A stretch of 64,000 nucleotides of DNA. It comes from Rhina ancylostomus. Its lineage: Eukaryota. A program made the position numbers and the translations under genes. The DNA lies in the NCBI GenBank assembly GCA_030265395.1, contig JARFYF010000119.1:44787084-44851083 (forward strand), read 5' to 3'. Within the stretch, counting starts at the first letter, position 1. The number at the start of each line of letters is the position of its first letter. This document shows, in pieces, positions 25,706 to 39,635 of this stretch. The notes beneath the pieces are model-generated. The model was given only the letters and a program-made list of their open reading frames with translations. It ran no database searches and was not told where the DNA came from.

Positions 25706-27054
25706 ATTAACCCAGTAACTGTTCTACGCCAGCAACATTCCAGAACAGCAGTGAGGTAATTGACAAATCTCTTGCTGACATTGGTTCAGGAAAGAGCACT
25801 GGCCTAACATTAGGATAAATGCATTCTTTCTTTTTGAACAATCCCAAAGTATCTTTAGTAGCTATCCAAAACAATTTCCATCAAAAGTCAAGAATGTCAC
25901 TCTTTATAAAGAAAAAATATAAGTACTGTANNNNNNNNNNNNNNNNNNNNNNNNNNNNNNNNNNNNNNNNNNNNNNNNNNNNNNNNNNNNNNNNNNNNNN
26001 NNNNNNNNNNNNNNNNNNNNNNNNNNNNNNNNNNNNNNNNNNNNNNNNNNNNNNNNNNNNNNNNNNNNNNNNNNNNNNNNNNNNNNNNNNNNNNTATGCG
26101 TACATTTCCTATATGGGCTTAATTTGGCTGTATGGCTTCCAAATGTAATGCAAAGTCATAAAATTATCCCATGCATGCTTTTGTTTTAACCAATGAATAC
26201 AAACATTTTCCATAGCTCATAATGGGTTCAAACTCACTTGTATTCGAACACTCCAGAGGCTGTTTGTAGAGGAAATTCCCAATCATGCTGTCTGATGAAT
26301 TAAGAAAATTTACAACCCTATTGGCTATTTTTGATTTCATAGAGAAGGAATTTAAACTAGGAGATGTCCATGCAAACGCAATGTAATATTGGTATGTGCA
26401 ATTGTTTGAAAATGTAAACTATATTGCTTTATTATATCCCTTTTTCAATAGTTTTGGAATTGGATACTTATTAAAAGGTTCATCCGATCACTGTTTTCTA
26501 TGTTTTTACATACAGTTTGTTCTAGCATAAGCAGCCTTTGTACAAGCTAGTTATCACAGGGAGTTATGTTTGAATTGAAATGGTAGTCTTGTCATTTAAG
26601 CCTATCCGTCAGTAAATTGGGGAGAATCAATCCAATTGCTAATATCCATGGGTTAGTAACAGAATAATGCTTGTAATTTGGTATAAGACCTAAGTTTTTG
26701 CCAAGAAAGCCTTAGGAATAGCTAATGTGTGAGACAACTGCATTCATGTTTGTGGAGTTAGGAGTGCTCTTTTCAGAATGGATTGAAGGCTTATTGTTGC
26801 AGTAAGTAGAACCCTTTAACCCACACCCGACCTGGGAGTACTTGATCTTGACACTGGTGCCTGAAGTGGAAAAGTGTTCCATTCTTTTAATATTACACTC
26901 CCTCATGTTCACAACATGGAGTCTTTAAAATGTAATTTTGTGCTCACACTTGTGGATGACAGTAAGTCACTTACAACTCTGTTGCTGGTGCCTTCTTTAT
27001 TTTTAAACATTCTTTGGGAAGCAGGGCTTGTGGGCAGGGCCAGTGTTTGGAATC

Positions 27055-27371
27055 ATACAGCATGGAAATGTGTCCTTCACCCACCATCAAATGCTCATTT
27101 GCACTACTAATCCTACACTAATCCCATTTTCATTCTCCATACGTTTTCCAGATTCTAGCGCTCTAGGGGAAATTTACAGCAGCCAATTAACCTACCAACC
27201 TGCAGGTATTTGGGATGTGGGGGAGAAAAAAATCAGAGCACCTGGAGGAAACTTATCGGGTCGCAGTGAGAATGTGCAAACTCCTCACAGGCAGCACCAG
27301 AGGTCAGGATTGAACCTGTGTCACTGGAACCGTGAGGCAGCAGCACCACCAGCTATGCTACTGTGCTGCCC
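27055..27371 (-). mobile_element. Near full-length V-SINE
   Basis: Reverse head gggcagcacagtagcatagctggtggtgctgctgcctcac, reverse B-box (ggattgaacc), V-domain gagcacctggaggaaac and a CR1-like tail. Confidence 0.85.
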
Positions 27372-27849
27372 TCAATCATGTAGTCTCCTCTTTTATTTGG
27401 AGTGATCATGTATTACATTGAATCCCAAGAGGTGTGATTTACCTATACCATAACCAAGTAGCTCAGTATGTGCATACTGTATTTTACAGAAAATCCTTCC
27501 ATATTTTACAACAGATGCAGTCCCTGCTGAGATAGTTGTGAGAAAATAGTGGATTTAACAAGGTGGGTAGCGGAGGTATATAGCTATTACAAAATATCTA
27601 TTGCAATAAGGGTGGGTATAATATTTTTAAACAATTTAAGTAGTAGGTTAGCCTTGAGGCCTTTATCCACTGCAACTACATCTGTTGGAATGAGATCTTT
27701 TAAAGGATATTTTGTCACCACTCTGCAGTGTTGTAGCCTTTGACAACATACAAAGTCCATGATTAAGTGCTTTACTTTAGAATAGTCTGTTTAATGGTGA
27801 TTCTGCATTTTGAATAACCCCTCTTCTTTCTTTACTTCTTTCTCTTAAC

Positions 27850-29950
27850 AATTTTCTCATGTGTAACATCCTGATGCAGCAAGCTGACTTCCTCAACAAG
27901 GTCTCTTCCTCTTTCCTTTTTCTGTCTGTGCAGGGCGACGCCTTGTAAACAGTGGTTTCAAACCTGCATGCATATTCTTTTAATTCTGCTCCAACTTTTT
28001 TACCCTCCTGACCACATCAATCTCGCCCCTCACAGAGCTCCACCATCTTCAGACAGATCCTTTGTCTCCTGCTATCTCAGTCCTGATCCTCGTAGGATTG
28101 TCTCTGACACCTGGCTTGTGCCTCTATGGCAGTTATCTACCTGCCTTCTCCAAACCCTTTGACTTCACCTGATTGTGAGGAAAAACACTGTTCCAACTGT
28201 TTCATCAATTCCCAATGTTTCCCTCGTTTGCATCACACTTCCACCTTTGTTGACCTTCTCAAATACCTTTTGCCTTTTGGAGGCTTTTCTCTTACCACAT
28301 CATTTAGCCTGTTNNNNNNNNNNNNNNNNNNNNNNNNNNNNNNNNNNNNNNNNNNNNNNNNNNNNNNNNNNNNNNNNNNNNNNNNNNNNNNNNNNNNNNN
28401 NNNNNNNNNNNNNTTCTCTTACCACATCATTTAGCCTGTTCTCTAACTGCACTCCTCAACTTGGTTCCTGTAAATCAGAGAACTAGCTTTGGTCCAAATC
28501 ACTCTGCAGATTTTCCACTTCCTCTCCAGCCTCCTCAAACTGATCTCTCCGTTCATTGTTTCCCACCTGTCCTGATCTCCTAACAACCTGCTGCTCAGCT
28601 GATTTTCCTGGCTCCCTATATTCAGGATCAAATGTTTCTCTCCAACAAGTGCTTTCACAACATTTCCCAATAAGTGCTTACTTAATCTGCCTGTCCTCTC
28701 CATCTAGCAGCCACCTGTCATTTCCATTTCCTCTCAAGTCCTGAAGCACATTCTAACTCTGTTCCAAACCAAATCTTTCACTATTTGAAACCCTTCAATC
28801 CATTCACTGTATCAAAGGCGGGTCATGAATGTTGCCTTTTTTTTTCTCATGATGGGCATCACCACACCTCACCCTTCTTTCTTTGGCCTTCCCTTTTCAT
28901 AGGCAACATACAAACCTGGCTTCACCCATCATCTGCCAGTCTCTGTCTCACCCACTCCCTCTCACTTCTATATACTGCCTATCTTACACTGTCACTCTTA
29001 ATGTAGGGCCTTGACCTGAAATGTTGACCATCCCTTTTGTCTTCACAGATGCTGCTTGGCCCACTGACTTCTTCCAGCAGTTTATTTTTTGCTCCAGATT
29101 CCGACATTGGCAGTCTCTTATATCTCTGCAATCCTCTTCCAACATCTCTAACATCCTGTCCCATCGGGTTGCTTGTATATAGTCAGTTCCCACTACAAAC
29201 ATATTACCAGCACTTGCTTTTCCTCCTATCCCATGTCAGTCATCTCCAAAAGCGTCTAAATGTTTATCTTTAACCTCCAGCTCTTATTATCATCTTCCAG
29301 ATTAATGAAGTAAATTTCTTATGAACTACCCCACTGTCATTGCTAAGTCAATATGGATCATTCGGAATACTAAAGCAATGGTTCCTGAAAATTCCATAAT
29401 TTCTGCTTCCTCATTCACCACACCTCCCTCTTTAGCTGCACATTCTGGTCAAAACATGCATATATAACCTTGGCATCCTGAATAACCAAGACTCCAAACC
29501 CACACACTGTCCATTACCAAAATCATTTACTTTCACTTCTGCATCATTAATCCTTTCCAATCTAATCTCTCCCAGTGCCCCATCCTTCTCCAAACTGACC
29601 AAATCATGGTTGCCAAAGTTCTGTGTCACACATACCTCTCTGGCATCTCGCTACTCATTCCTAACTTCCAGTGACTACATTCCATAGATTTTTGCCTTTA
29701 TATTCCTATATATCTTCATCCAATCTTCCATGGCAAATTTATTTCTCCGGTTTAGGTGTCTTGTCCCTTTGTGCATTCCATCACTGGTGGCAAAGCCTTC
29801 AGCCAACACCATTGTTACTTTTTAGAATTTCTTCCTTGGTCTCTTTGCCTCACCGGTTCTTTTATCCCTGCCTTTTAAAACATTCTCAACATCCAACTTT
29901 ACAATCAAACTTTGAATCATAACCATTACCTTTTCATTTAAATGTATCCA
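27850..29950 (+). mobile_element. Highly degenerate L2-like LINE fragments with a nested Penelope fragment (about 28900-29130)
   Basis: Pyrimidine-rich sequence with L2-like motifs (gagaactagctttggtccaaatcact, catcactggtggcaaagccttcagc). The PLE motif gacctgaaatgttgac...agatgctgcttggcccactgacttcttccagcag lies at 29013-29080. Confidence 0.5.
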
Positions 29951-32900
29951 ATAAGGGTATTATAAAAATGAAAGTTATTGTTGTATCTTTGCTTCTTTAG
30001 CTCCCTGAACCTACTTCCTCCACCTTCTAGGATCCCACCACAAATCCTCTTGAACTGTCAGGACTTGAACAATAAGACCCTTGCATCTCTTCATCTCTCC
30101 ACAGCTACTGTTGATGCAACTCCATGATAGGTTAAAAGATTTTTTTACAGGCCAAGACAAATTATCGTAGTGTTTCCCTTCTCTGAAAGATTGGTATCAG
30201 CTTGTAAGTAGTGCTCCACCTAGTGCTGCAGCATAGCATTTGGTGATTGAAGCAAATTAACTGTTTACCAATCAAAACTGAGATTAGAACGTATGGATTT
30301 TATAGTCGGCAGATCAAGTCTCCGGTGTGAATATTGGCCAAGCTGTGTTTCTGATTTAGTTGTTTAGTTGTATGCAATTTGACTCTCCGCCTGCTTGGTT
30401 CCTCTGACCTGATGATCCTGTGTTTCAGTTAAATTTGGGATCCTGTTCAGGGTGGAAAAGCTCAGGATGCTTTTTATTAAACTGACAAATTTCATTAATC
30501 AGATTGGCCTTGCTATAAAATTATAGTTTTCATGGTTGTGTTATAGAAACATGCAGTTTTGTTTTAAACCAGGTCAGTGAAGTCTTTCATTGATCCTTTC
30601 CCCTCTAAGATTTAGAGATGGTTTGCACTTGTCTCAAGGTATTTGTTCCCCTCCTCTCTGTTCATGCTTCTACCAATTTACTTCCTTTCTTCTCTCCATC
30701 TTAAGGTGTTGTCTACTTGATGACTTGTGGCTCTAGAAGAGCTAGTTACTCTCAATATTAGGTCCACATTGACATAGGTGAGGTTACACAATCAATAGGT
30801 TGTTAAACTATGGGGGATAACCTACAGGGCCCATTCTTGACTGTGCCAAATGTGTTGAGGTTAGTGGTCAGCAGTTAAAAGGCAAAATTTATTTTTACTC
30901 TGAGTCTGATTATAATATCTTAACTGAAGCTAACTAACTCAGCATATAATAGGACTCAAGCCTGAGACATCTTTGTAACCATAGTAAACAAATATTCACA
31001 GCCTCAACTAGTTAAGACACCATTAGAGCTAATCTTATAGTTTAATAGAGTCTGACTGGTAAATAGTAACACTAATCAAAACACATTATCTATTCTTTCA
31101 GTGTGTTTTTACTCTGTGTTGCACATATTTTAAATGTTCTATTAAACCCCCTTGCCTAAATGAATAGATACTGCCTTCTGTGACATTTTCTAATCAGTTC
31201 CTCTTGTCTTGTGTAATCAACTCATTTTGATGCTGTGATAAGGAGCAGGCTCTGCTCATCTATTTAATCTGTACTCATAAGGAAAAAAATCCAGACAGAT
31301 AACAAAAGCAGTATGTTTCTTATGTATTCTCAGCCATTATGGGTTGGATTTGTTTCTGCTGTAATACAAAGGCCAGGGCATTCAGTCAGAAGCAGCACTT
31401 TGATGGTGTATCGACCTGCCTGTTTAGCAACTGCTTAAAATATGAACCTCCTTTGCTCATGTTGATGAAAGACAAATTATCTTGTTCGAAAGCAGTACCC
31501 TTTGTTTATGTTCACTGATTATGAAGGCTCTCTCTGTAGGCATGTGCAGAAAGGACATGGATATCATCCAAAAAGCAGCAGGTAATGTTAAGGCTGAAAG
31601 CAATAGTGTGCTCCTTTTAGGAAGAATCTTAGCCTTGGTGCCAGATACTGTAGCAACAATAGTGTAGCATTACTCCCATTCCTGCAGCATAAATAGTAGC
31701 TGGCTTATGGCACGTGCTTGCACTTTTGTTATTTTCAATTTTTTATGCCTGAGGACCATCTGAATATTGCCAGTACATGTTCAAAAACAACATCACATTT
31801 CTGCATTTCTCTTAAAGAAACAGAAAGTTATGAAAGTTCCCTGCTGAAGGAGGGAAAGAGGTTCTGCAGGTGCATCAGCCAATGAGGTTTTACCAAATTC
31901 CAGAACTCATTACTGCAGAAAATGCAGATATTTTGATGCATTTTGGAGCATGAGATATCAGAAGATAATTCACAGAAGGAACTGGGAAGTATGATCCCTA
32001 CCTCCAATCGCCTAAACAATGCAATCTACCTTAATTTTGCCTGTCCGAACACTTTTTCTGTTAATGACTGGTTCAATTCTCATTCCTCATGATGTGATCT
32101 GAAGCAATATTGAAGGGTATAGAACATTGGTCATTAAATTTGATGCCACTTCCAAGCATAACAATGTCATTTTATGCATCCAGTAGGTTGGCCAACATGT
32201 GCCTTATTCCATGCTGGAATTACTTTGCAAACCCTATTGGTGAAGCTCCTCTGTAATCATCCAGGACTTGCAATATGAAAGGAATACAGACACCATACAA
32301 ATGAAAAGTGAGGCACAAACCAATTTGAAGCCCCTCTCAAAATTTGTTTGCAGCTTGCGCAGTGCATTATTACTTTCAAGATCCAGACAGTTAAGTGAGC
32401 AATCCTCAAATGCCTGCATGTTATCATCTGGAAAAATAATACCTTTTGTTTTTGCTTGCCTTATTGTGGAAAAGGGAGGAGCACTCCTGCTGCTCTAGGC
32501 TTCGTGTTAAATTTATAGTCACCACTCACCTCCTCCTGATTGCTTTTGGTGAATCGAAGGATTTTCTGTTCTGAACCTGAAGCTGTATGTCACATTGGCA
32601 AATAATAACAAGAACATTTACTTGCTTTGATTGATTAAATCTAACAGCATTTTCATTAAATATTGTTTTACAATTTTACTTTGTGTTTAAGGGATTGAAT
32701 TCCAGAACGTGTCCGTTATCCTGTGAGGATAGTAAAGAATGCCCTTTGTGTATGCATAGAGTTCTTTTGTTGTTGTATTTCCTTTTAACCCTTTACCTAC
32801 ACATAGCAATAAATACCAGTTGAAGATAAGTATGTGGTATATAAAAATACATCAAGATTACAACACAAACAAGCTTCTTGGCCCAACCATCCATGGGCTT

Positions 32901-33414
32901 TATGCTCAATTATATCCCTAATAAACAGTCCTCCAGATTCTCCTCTTCCTCCTCATAGCAGAGAGACTGATAGAATTCCAAGTGAAAAGCAAATTGGGAT
33001 TTACTTAAACCTTCTGCACAAGATGTGATCGCTGTCCTGTGTGAAGCTCTTTGTTAAATGAAAGGGTTCAATACAGGCTGTCATCCATATGTATTGCAGT
33101 GGTATAACCTGGTTTATTACTAATCTAGCTTTGTCGTCCCTTTCTTATTTTCTGAAGCAAAACCACAAATGCAGAGAGTGAGAGAGTTGCAGATATGACT
33201 TGCCTTCTGCATTCTTTCTGCTTTGCAGTGGGCAGACAATGGGAGTTGCCATTGACTCCCAGGAGAGGAGGGCAGATGCAAACAAATACAACCTGTACAA
33301 TTGCCCTGGCAGGAGATCCTCCCTGGCCACTCCAAAAAGAGGGAGAGTCTTGAAGGAAAATCCAGGATATCATGTGTCCAATTTTTGAAAAAGTATGTAA
33401 CTGTGATTCCTCTG

Positions 33415-33830
33415 TAAGCCATGACTCAGTGGGTAGCACTCTCACTCTGGGTGAAAGGTTCAGTGTTGTGAGTACAAACTATTCAGCCTGACACTCCAGT
33501 GCAGCACCAAGGAAATATTGTACTGTTACATATGCCTTCACTTTGAAAAGGCATTTGGCTGAAACCCCCTCTCAGGTGGTCACAAGAGATCCCATATCCT
33601 TATTCTGAAAAGGGGCAAGTGGTGTTCTATTCATATCCAATCCTCAACCAACATTACTGAATGAAACAGATAATCTGATTATTATCACATTGCCAGGAGC
33701 TGGTGTGCAAAATATCTGCTACATTACAAGCTTTAAATAGATACTGCCATTTAGAAGTATTCATTGACAAATACACTTTGGAATGTCCTGAGATTGTAAA
33801 CAGTGTTGTAGTAATGTTAATGTTTCTTTA
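33415..33830 (+). mobile_element. Deu-domain SINE (SacSINE1/AmnSINE1 superfamily)
   Basis: Head gccatgactcagtgggtagcactctc, Deu core ctgacactccagtgcagcacc...ctctcaggtgg...agatcccat...cctcaaccaacattact, and L2-like tail ctttggaatgtcctgag. Confidence 0.8.
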
Positions 33831-34129
33831 TGACTGGCTCATTATTTTATCTATGTTGTCACTGGGTGGAGAGGAGACTAAAACATAACAAACAGTGATG
33901 CAAGTGAGAAGGGGGTTTACCTGGATCAACCTTGCGTCAATTCCATTGAATAACCTATAAGAAACAACTGAGTTAGATCTTGTAAGGTAGAGAATAGTGC
34001 ATAAAGCAGAGAAGCATGCAATAGGAAGAGTAAGTGCAAAATAAAATAATAAAAACTTCAATTACTTGTTTAAAAAAACTAAAAAAAAGGGATTTATAAC
34101 ATTGGAATATTATAATTTGTATCATAAGA

Positions 34130-34530
34130 AATAAAAGCATTTTTGAGTTTATTGTCATATGCACAAGTATGGTGAGATACAGGTACAATGAAAAACTTGC
34201 AAGTAGCAGCATCACAGGCACGTGTAGACTATCAATCCCTCAAAACTGCTCTGTCTTTCAGTCAGATCGCAGGCAATTCCATATCACATCTATTTTTCTG
34301 CCCAATCCCTATCTTTCATGATACATATTGTGCCCAAGAAATGAGCATACACAAGGATTGAGCTGACACAGCCCTCTGAGATAGGGAATTCCAAATATTC
34401 ACATCACTTTGTAAAAGGAAATTTCTCTCCTGTTTAGTCTGAAGAAGTCCATCCCTGATCTTGAGACTAGGTCCACAGGTTCTCGACTTCCCATGCTGAG
34501 CAAGGAGCATCACTGTCTACCCTGTCAACT
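34130..34530 (-). mobile_element. Short LINE-tail fragment followed by a CR1 3' remnant
   Basis: ORF 34316-34513(-) reads SRTCGPSLKIRDG...RNFLLQSDVNIWNSLSQRAV, the CR1 C-terminus. Confidence 0.7.
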
Positions 34531-36019
34531 TTTTTGGTGCAGAAGATTAGAAGCACTTACAGGGACAATTGAGAGTCAGAAGTAGATCTGGTTGGCTGGA
34601 TTCCCAAAATGGCTCAGGAATTGATGCGTAACATGCAGAAGCTGATTTGTGAGGGAAATAATGTTATTACACCAAATAGCAGTTAGCAACAACTGCCTAG
34701 ACTCACTTAATCTAAGCATACCAGAGAATGGACTTTTCTTCGTAAAGTCAAAAGTGAACATTAGGATCAGAATTGAAATGCAGCATTGAAGGAAAATATA
34801 CCACCTGCTTCCCTGGGAGAATGTAATGGTCTGGATTGTGCTGGATTTGTCTCACAGCCTGAACTTGCTGCCCATAGTATCCGGTAGTATCCACCCAGAT
34901 TTACCTGCAGCAGATACAGAGGGCTGAATGAGAGTTGGGAAAAGACTAACCAAAGGTGACTAGGTCTCAGGCAGCTTATTGCCCCATAACACTGTGAAGA
35001 ACTTTGATGGTTTGCTGCTGATAATCAGGGACATTGAAAATCTATTCATGTAAATTTAAATAGTTAAAAGTAAAACAAAATACTTTGGAAGAATAATTAA
35101 AATACCTTAAAATGAATATGAAAAACAAAGATAATGTAAAAGTACCCAAACACTTACCTGCATTTAGCCTTTTTCACATGGTCAGTGATCCCATTCCATT
35201 GAATGGTGCCACCATGTGTGCACACTGGCCAGCCGTAAGGTAAAGCTGAGGGACTGAGTGTGAAATGCATCTGGTCCCTCTCCTCAGCATGTCAGTGCTC
35301 CACTACTGGACTCAATGGCGAGTCCAGCAGTGGAGTAGGTGGTCCTTACAGAACCCCCAGTTGTTAGTCAGCTCAATCCTGCCAATAACTAGAACTAGCT
35401 GCACATGCTTGCACAGTGTTAGAACTGAGAGGACCATGCACGTTGCATGCAAGCTGACAAAACAACAGTACATTGAATACAAATGCAGACAGACGACCTA
35501 TATGCTTGGAACCAAAGTAACAAACTAATTTAAATTCAAACCATTTCACACCAGGATTTTCAAACAAAAAATGTAGGAAATAGAAACTTTTGGGGAAAAA
35601 AACATAAATTAGTTCTCAGTACTAAATGCGGTAACATATGATGATCCAATTAATCCTCTCTCTTGTGGGTGGTTTGGGAGTAGAAAATAATGTCAGCAAC
35701 CAGTTTCTTTGAAGAGATGGCGTGGCTTTTGGAGAGTAGATCCCGGAAATAGAGAGAACCTACTAAGTAAGAAAATTCCCAGACATAAAACTTCCTGAAA
35801 ACAAAGCATCATTGTAAAATAAATGCACTGCATTGGTTCCCAAAGTCCAGTTTAGAATGTTTCACATACAGCTGATGTAGGCTCTCAGAGTTGTGGGTTC
35901 TGTAGGGGCATTCAAGAAATTACTCTATCTCCCAAGAGTCAATCTGCTTTTGAATTAAAGTATAGAAATTGAGAAAATGGTACCAATTACTTTCTTTCCT
36001 TTTATGTCCAAAGTAAATG

Positions 36020-36402
36020 TAAGAAAGAATGGCTTGCATTTCTATGGTGCCTCTCTTGTCACTTTCAGGATATCTGAAAGCACTTATAGCCACTGAAGTA
36101 CATTTTGAAGCATTGCCACTTTTGTTTTATTGGAAACATAGCAGCCCATTTGCACACAGCAAGCTCCCACTAATGGCTGTGTAATAAGGAGGGATAAATA
36201 AAGTTATCAGTCGTGACTTTCCTCTTCTTTGAAATAATGCCATGGAATCTTTTACGTCAATCTAGGAGAGCAGATTGGTCCTTGGTTTAACATTTCAGCT
36301 GAAAGATAGCATCTCTAGGCATACAGCATTCCTACAATTTTTCACAGGAGTGTCAGCCTAGACTGTAAACATCTGATTCCAGCAAGAGTGCTACCAACTG
36401 AG
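36020..36402 (-). mobile_element. Deu-domain SINE, inverted relative to 33415-33830
   Basis: Reads atttgcacacagcaagctcccac, gccatggaatcttttacgtc, ggagtgtcagcctaga and gagtgctaccaactgag. Confidence 0.8.
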
Positions 36403-39169
36403 AACATAAGAAAAATAAATACAGAAGTAATTATTTTACTAATGAGTTTGCATGAATTAACCTGTGCTTGAGTAAGTGTTTCTGAGGCTGTGTATGTGGT
36501 GTGCGATCTTGAAGGCTTAACAAAGGCTTTGTGGTTGAAGTAATCAAAAAAAACGTTGCAAGTGGTAAAGCAGAAGTTTATAATGCTGAAAAGCACATCA
36601 ATACATATATTATTCAGATGGGAATGTGAATCCATTATTGAACGCAGTTGGTTTGTTAAAGAATGCAAAGCTTGATCCATTAACCACAGGAGAACAGTGC
36701 CCTATGTTTAATACTAACAATGGAAATATTTAGGGCCTGATGAGAAAATCATTGTGGAAAGTGACATGTGGGCAGTTTAGGCTTTTTTTCTGAAGGTTTT
36801 TTCTTTCCCTTTTAATGTATTTTAACTAGTATATTTAGTACAGTTGCAGTCTCTTTTATGACAGTTTTGCACTTCTGAATATTGACACAGTGGAAGTTCC
36901 AAATTAAAGACTCAGTTTAAATTATTTCCTTAATTGTTTATTATTTTAATAATATAGACATTTGTGAAGTGAGGGGGAATTGACTGCTTATAGTATTCAT
37001 TGTAAGTTTAGGTTTAAGAGTGGTTGGTTGTCATCAATAGCCTAGAACTTCCTGCCAGCTACGAAATGGCCAACAAAAACTTTGACACTCAGCTAAACAA
37101 TACCATTGGCTAAGCAACTGTCAAAAACCTAGAACTGATTAGAATATTTCTGACATCCAGAAATTTTCAAAAACCATTTAAGATCAAATTGAAATATTAA
37201 AAAAACCAAAAATAAATAACAAAAAATCCATGTTTAAGAATAATTCACAACCTTAAAACATTTAACTAACTTCAGTTGCCTAGAAATTCAAATAGAAAAA
37301 TGCTATTTTTCTTCCAGTATTAAGGAGTTAAATTGATCATTATTTCCACTGAACCAGATAAAGATTATTTAGCATTGTCATTTCAGAAATTCAACCGAGC
37401 ACTTCCTGACGTCTGTCCTTGCCTAGTTAGATTTCCAGTGGTGCAGGTGGTAATGTCATCCTGTGCACATTGTTCCTGTTGGAAAGTTGCATGGGAACTT
37501 GGTCTATGTTATTCTGCAAGAACTCATCATTAGGCACTTCTAGAATAAATTAGCAGTACTGAGCCAAACTAGATAACTTGCCAGGAATGTAAATGACTTG
37601 TCTTCATGCTCAGAAGCACCCCATAACTGAACTCCCAGCATCCAATCCGTGGTGATGAGAAGCAATTCCCCAGAAAATCCTGGCCAAGATGTGCTTTGTC
37701 AAATGTAGTCTCAAATTCAGGTAACCAGCTTTAATTCACAAGTGTACCATTGGCACAAAGGTTGAAACCAAAGGAAATTAAATTGATATTTTGACACAAT
37801 GCAATAGTCATTTAGAATATACATTGAAGTAAGTAATCTTTTACTAAAATATGTGTTCTTATTCCACCACTTGTGGTTTTGTATTTATGCAACATATTCA
37901 GCACAAAGGTTATTTCAAGACCATAAGTGCAAAATAAATTCTGTAAAATAAGCACAACGTAATTTTGAATTTTGGATATTTTTTTCTTCAAGACAGGACT
38001 TACAAAATCCTATTTTATTTATCAGTTAGTGATTTATATTTTTTTGTTGTCCACTTAGGATCTTGGAGTGTTAATACTGCCTAGTCTTTCTGCATAACAC
38101 ACTAGCAAATTGTTCTCCATGTTTCTAGGGTCCTTGACTTCAATGAAATAATGCAAAATGGTTTTTCTTTTTATCTCCCGGACTTCTGTCAATGTTTCTC
38201 TTCACTAAAGGTGCCACCACCATATTTCCATTACCTTGTAAGATGGCAGATTTATCAATGAACTTCAACCATGGGAACCTAGAAGATCTGCTTTGAAATT
38301 GGCGAGCTTATTCATCCAGCATTGTGGAATGGAACTTTGCCCATTGTTGTGCGTCATTTTCAGTGAAGGTGTACAGCTGCAAACTGGCAGATCCCACTCA
38401 ACCCGGCAAATCAAATTCGTGTGACAGACAGTCCTCTATCTACAACGTGACCCCTGCCTGTGAGTCAAGTGCTCTACCACTTCAGCTAGCAGGCTGCCTT
38501 AATTTGTGTTTATAGTGGGTAGTGAGTTAATGTAGGAAATGCAGAGTGTCTTGATCATAATGATATGTCCTTGGGCAGGCAAGCTGTTGCCTTTATTTCC
38601 TGTGGGTCAAATAAACTGCACGTAATGGTGCTGTAGAGAATGGGTCACTGGCATATTATGAGCCAGATTACCAAANNNNNNNNNNNNNNNNNNNNNNNNN
38701 NNNNNNNNNNNNNNNNNNNNNNNNNNNNNNNNNNNNNNNNNNNNNNNNNNNNNNNNNNNNNNNNNNNNNNNNNNNAGCCAGATTACCAAACAGTATAAAC
38801 CATTTTATAGAGATTATACTTTTCATTGGCTTTGCTGCAACTAGGACTAAAATAACTTGGTTTCAATCAATAAAGGTTTCATGACTGGATTTATTTGATA
38901 GAAAATAGTCTGAGCTCATATCTGCTTTGAAAACAATTGCCATTTCATTGTTTTTCTTTGTCAGATGTATGCCTTTGTGGGATAGCTTGAGGCACACCAT
39001 GCTGTCTATAACTTTTAACCAGTATAGGCTATAGTCCAAGCATCAGGCTGTATAATCCACACATTTGTTGTCATGATCTGCATGTTACTCATTAATTTCT
39101 TTTCAAAGCCTGTTACATGATTAATTATTTTAAGTTTTAAAAAATGATTTACAGATTTAAGGTATATTA

Positions 39170-39635
39170 AGAACATAGAGAAAAGGCCATTCAGGCTTTT
39201 AAACCTATTCCACCATTCATTTGGATCAGGCCAACTCCAGATGGTAACTTCATTTAACTTGGTTCCATATCCCTTAATCCCCTTGCCTATAAAGAAAAAC
39301 TATCAATCTCAGTTTTGAAACTTACAACTGACCTTGCCTCAGTAATCGTTTTGGAGCATAGAATTTCAGATTTCCACTGCCTTCATGTGAAGAAGTCCAT
39401 CCTGACATCATGCAACAGTTTTAAAGATATGCCACTTTGTCCTGGACTTTCCCATTTGATTTCTTTGCCTACCCTTGCAATCCTTTAATCACCTTAAATA
39501 GCCAATCATATCAGTCCTTAGTCTACTATGCTTGAGGAAATCCATGTCTAGTTTATTCAGTGTCCTACAACTTTAACCACTGCAACCCTGGTATCATTCA
39601 AATAAATCTGCGCTGCACCCCTCCAAGGAACAATG
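39170..39635 (-). mobile_element. CR1 3' remnant
   Basis: Reads aaggccattcaggc...gaatttcagatttccactgcc...aaatctgcgctgcacccctccaagg. Confidence 0.7.
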
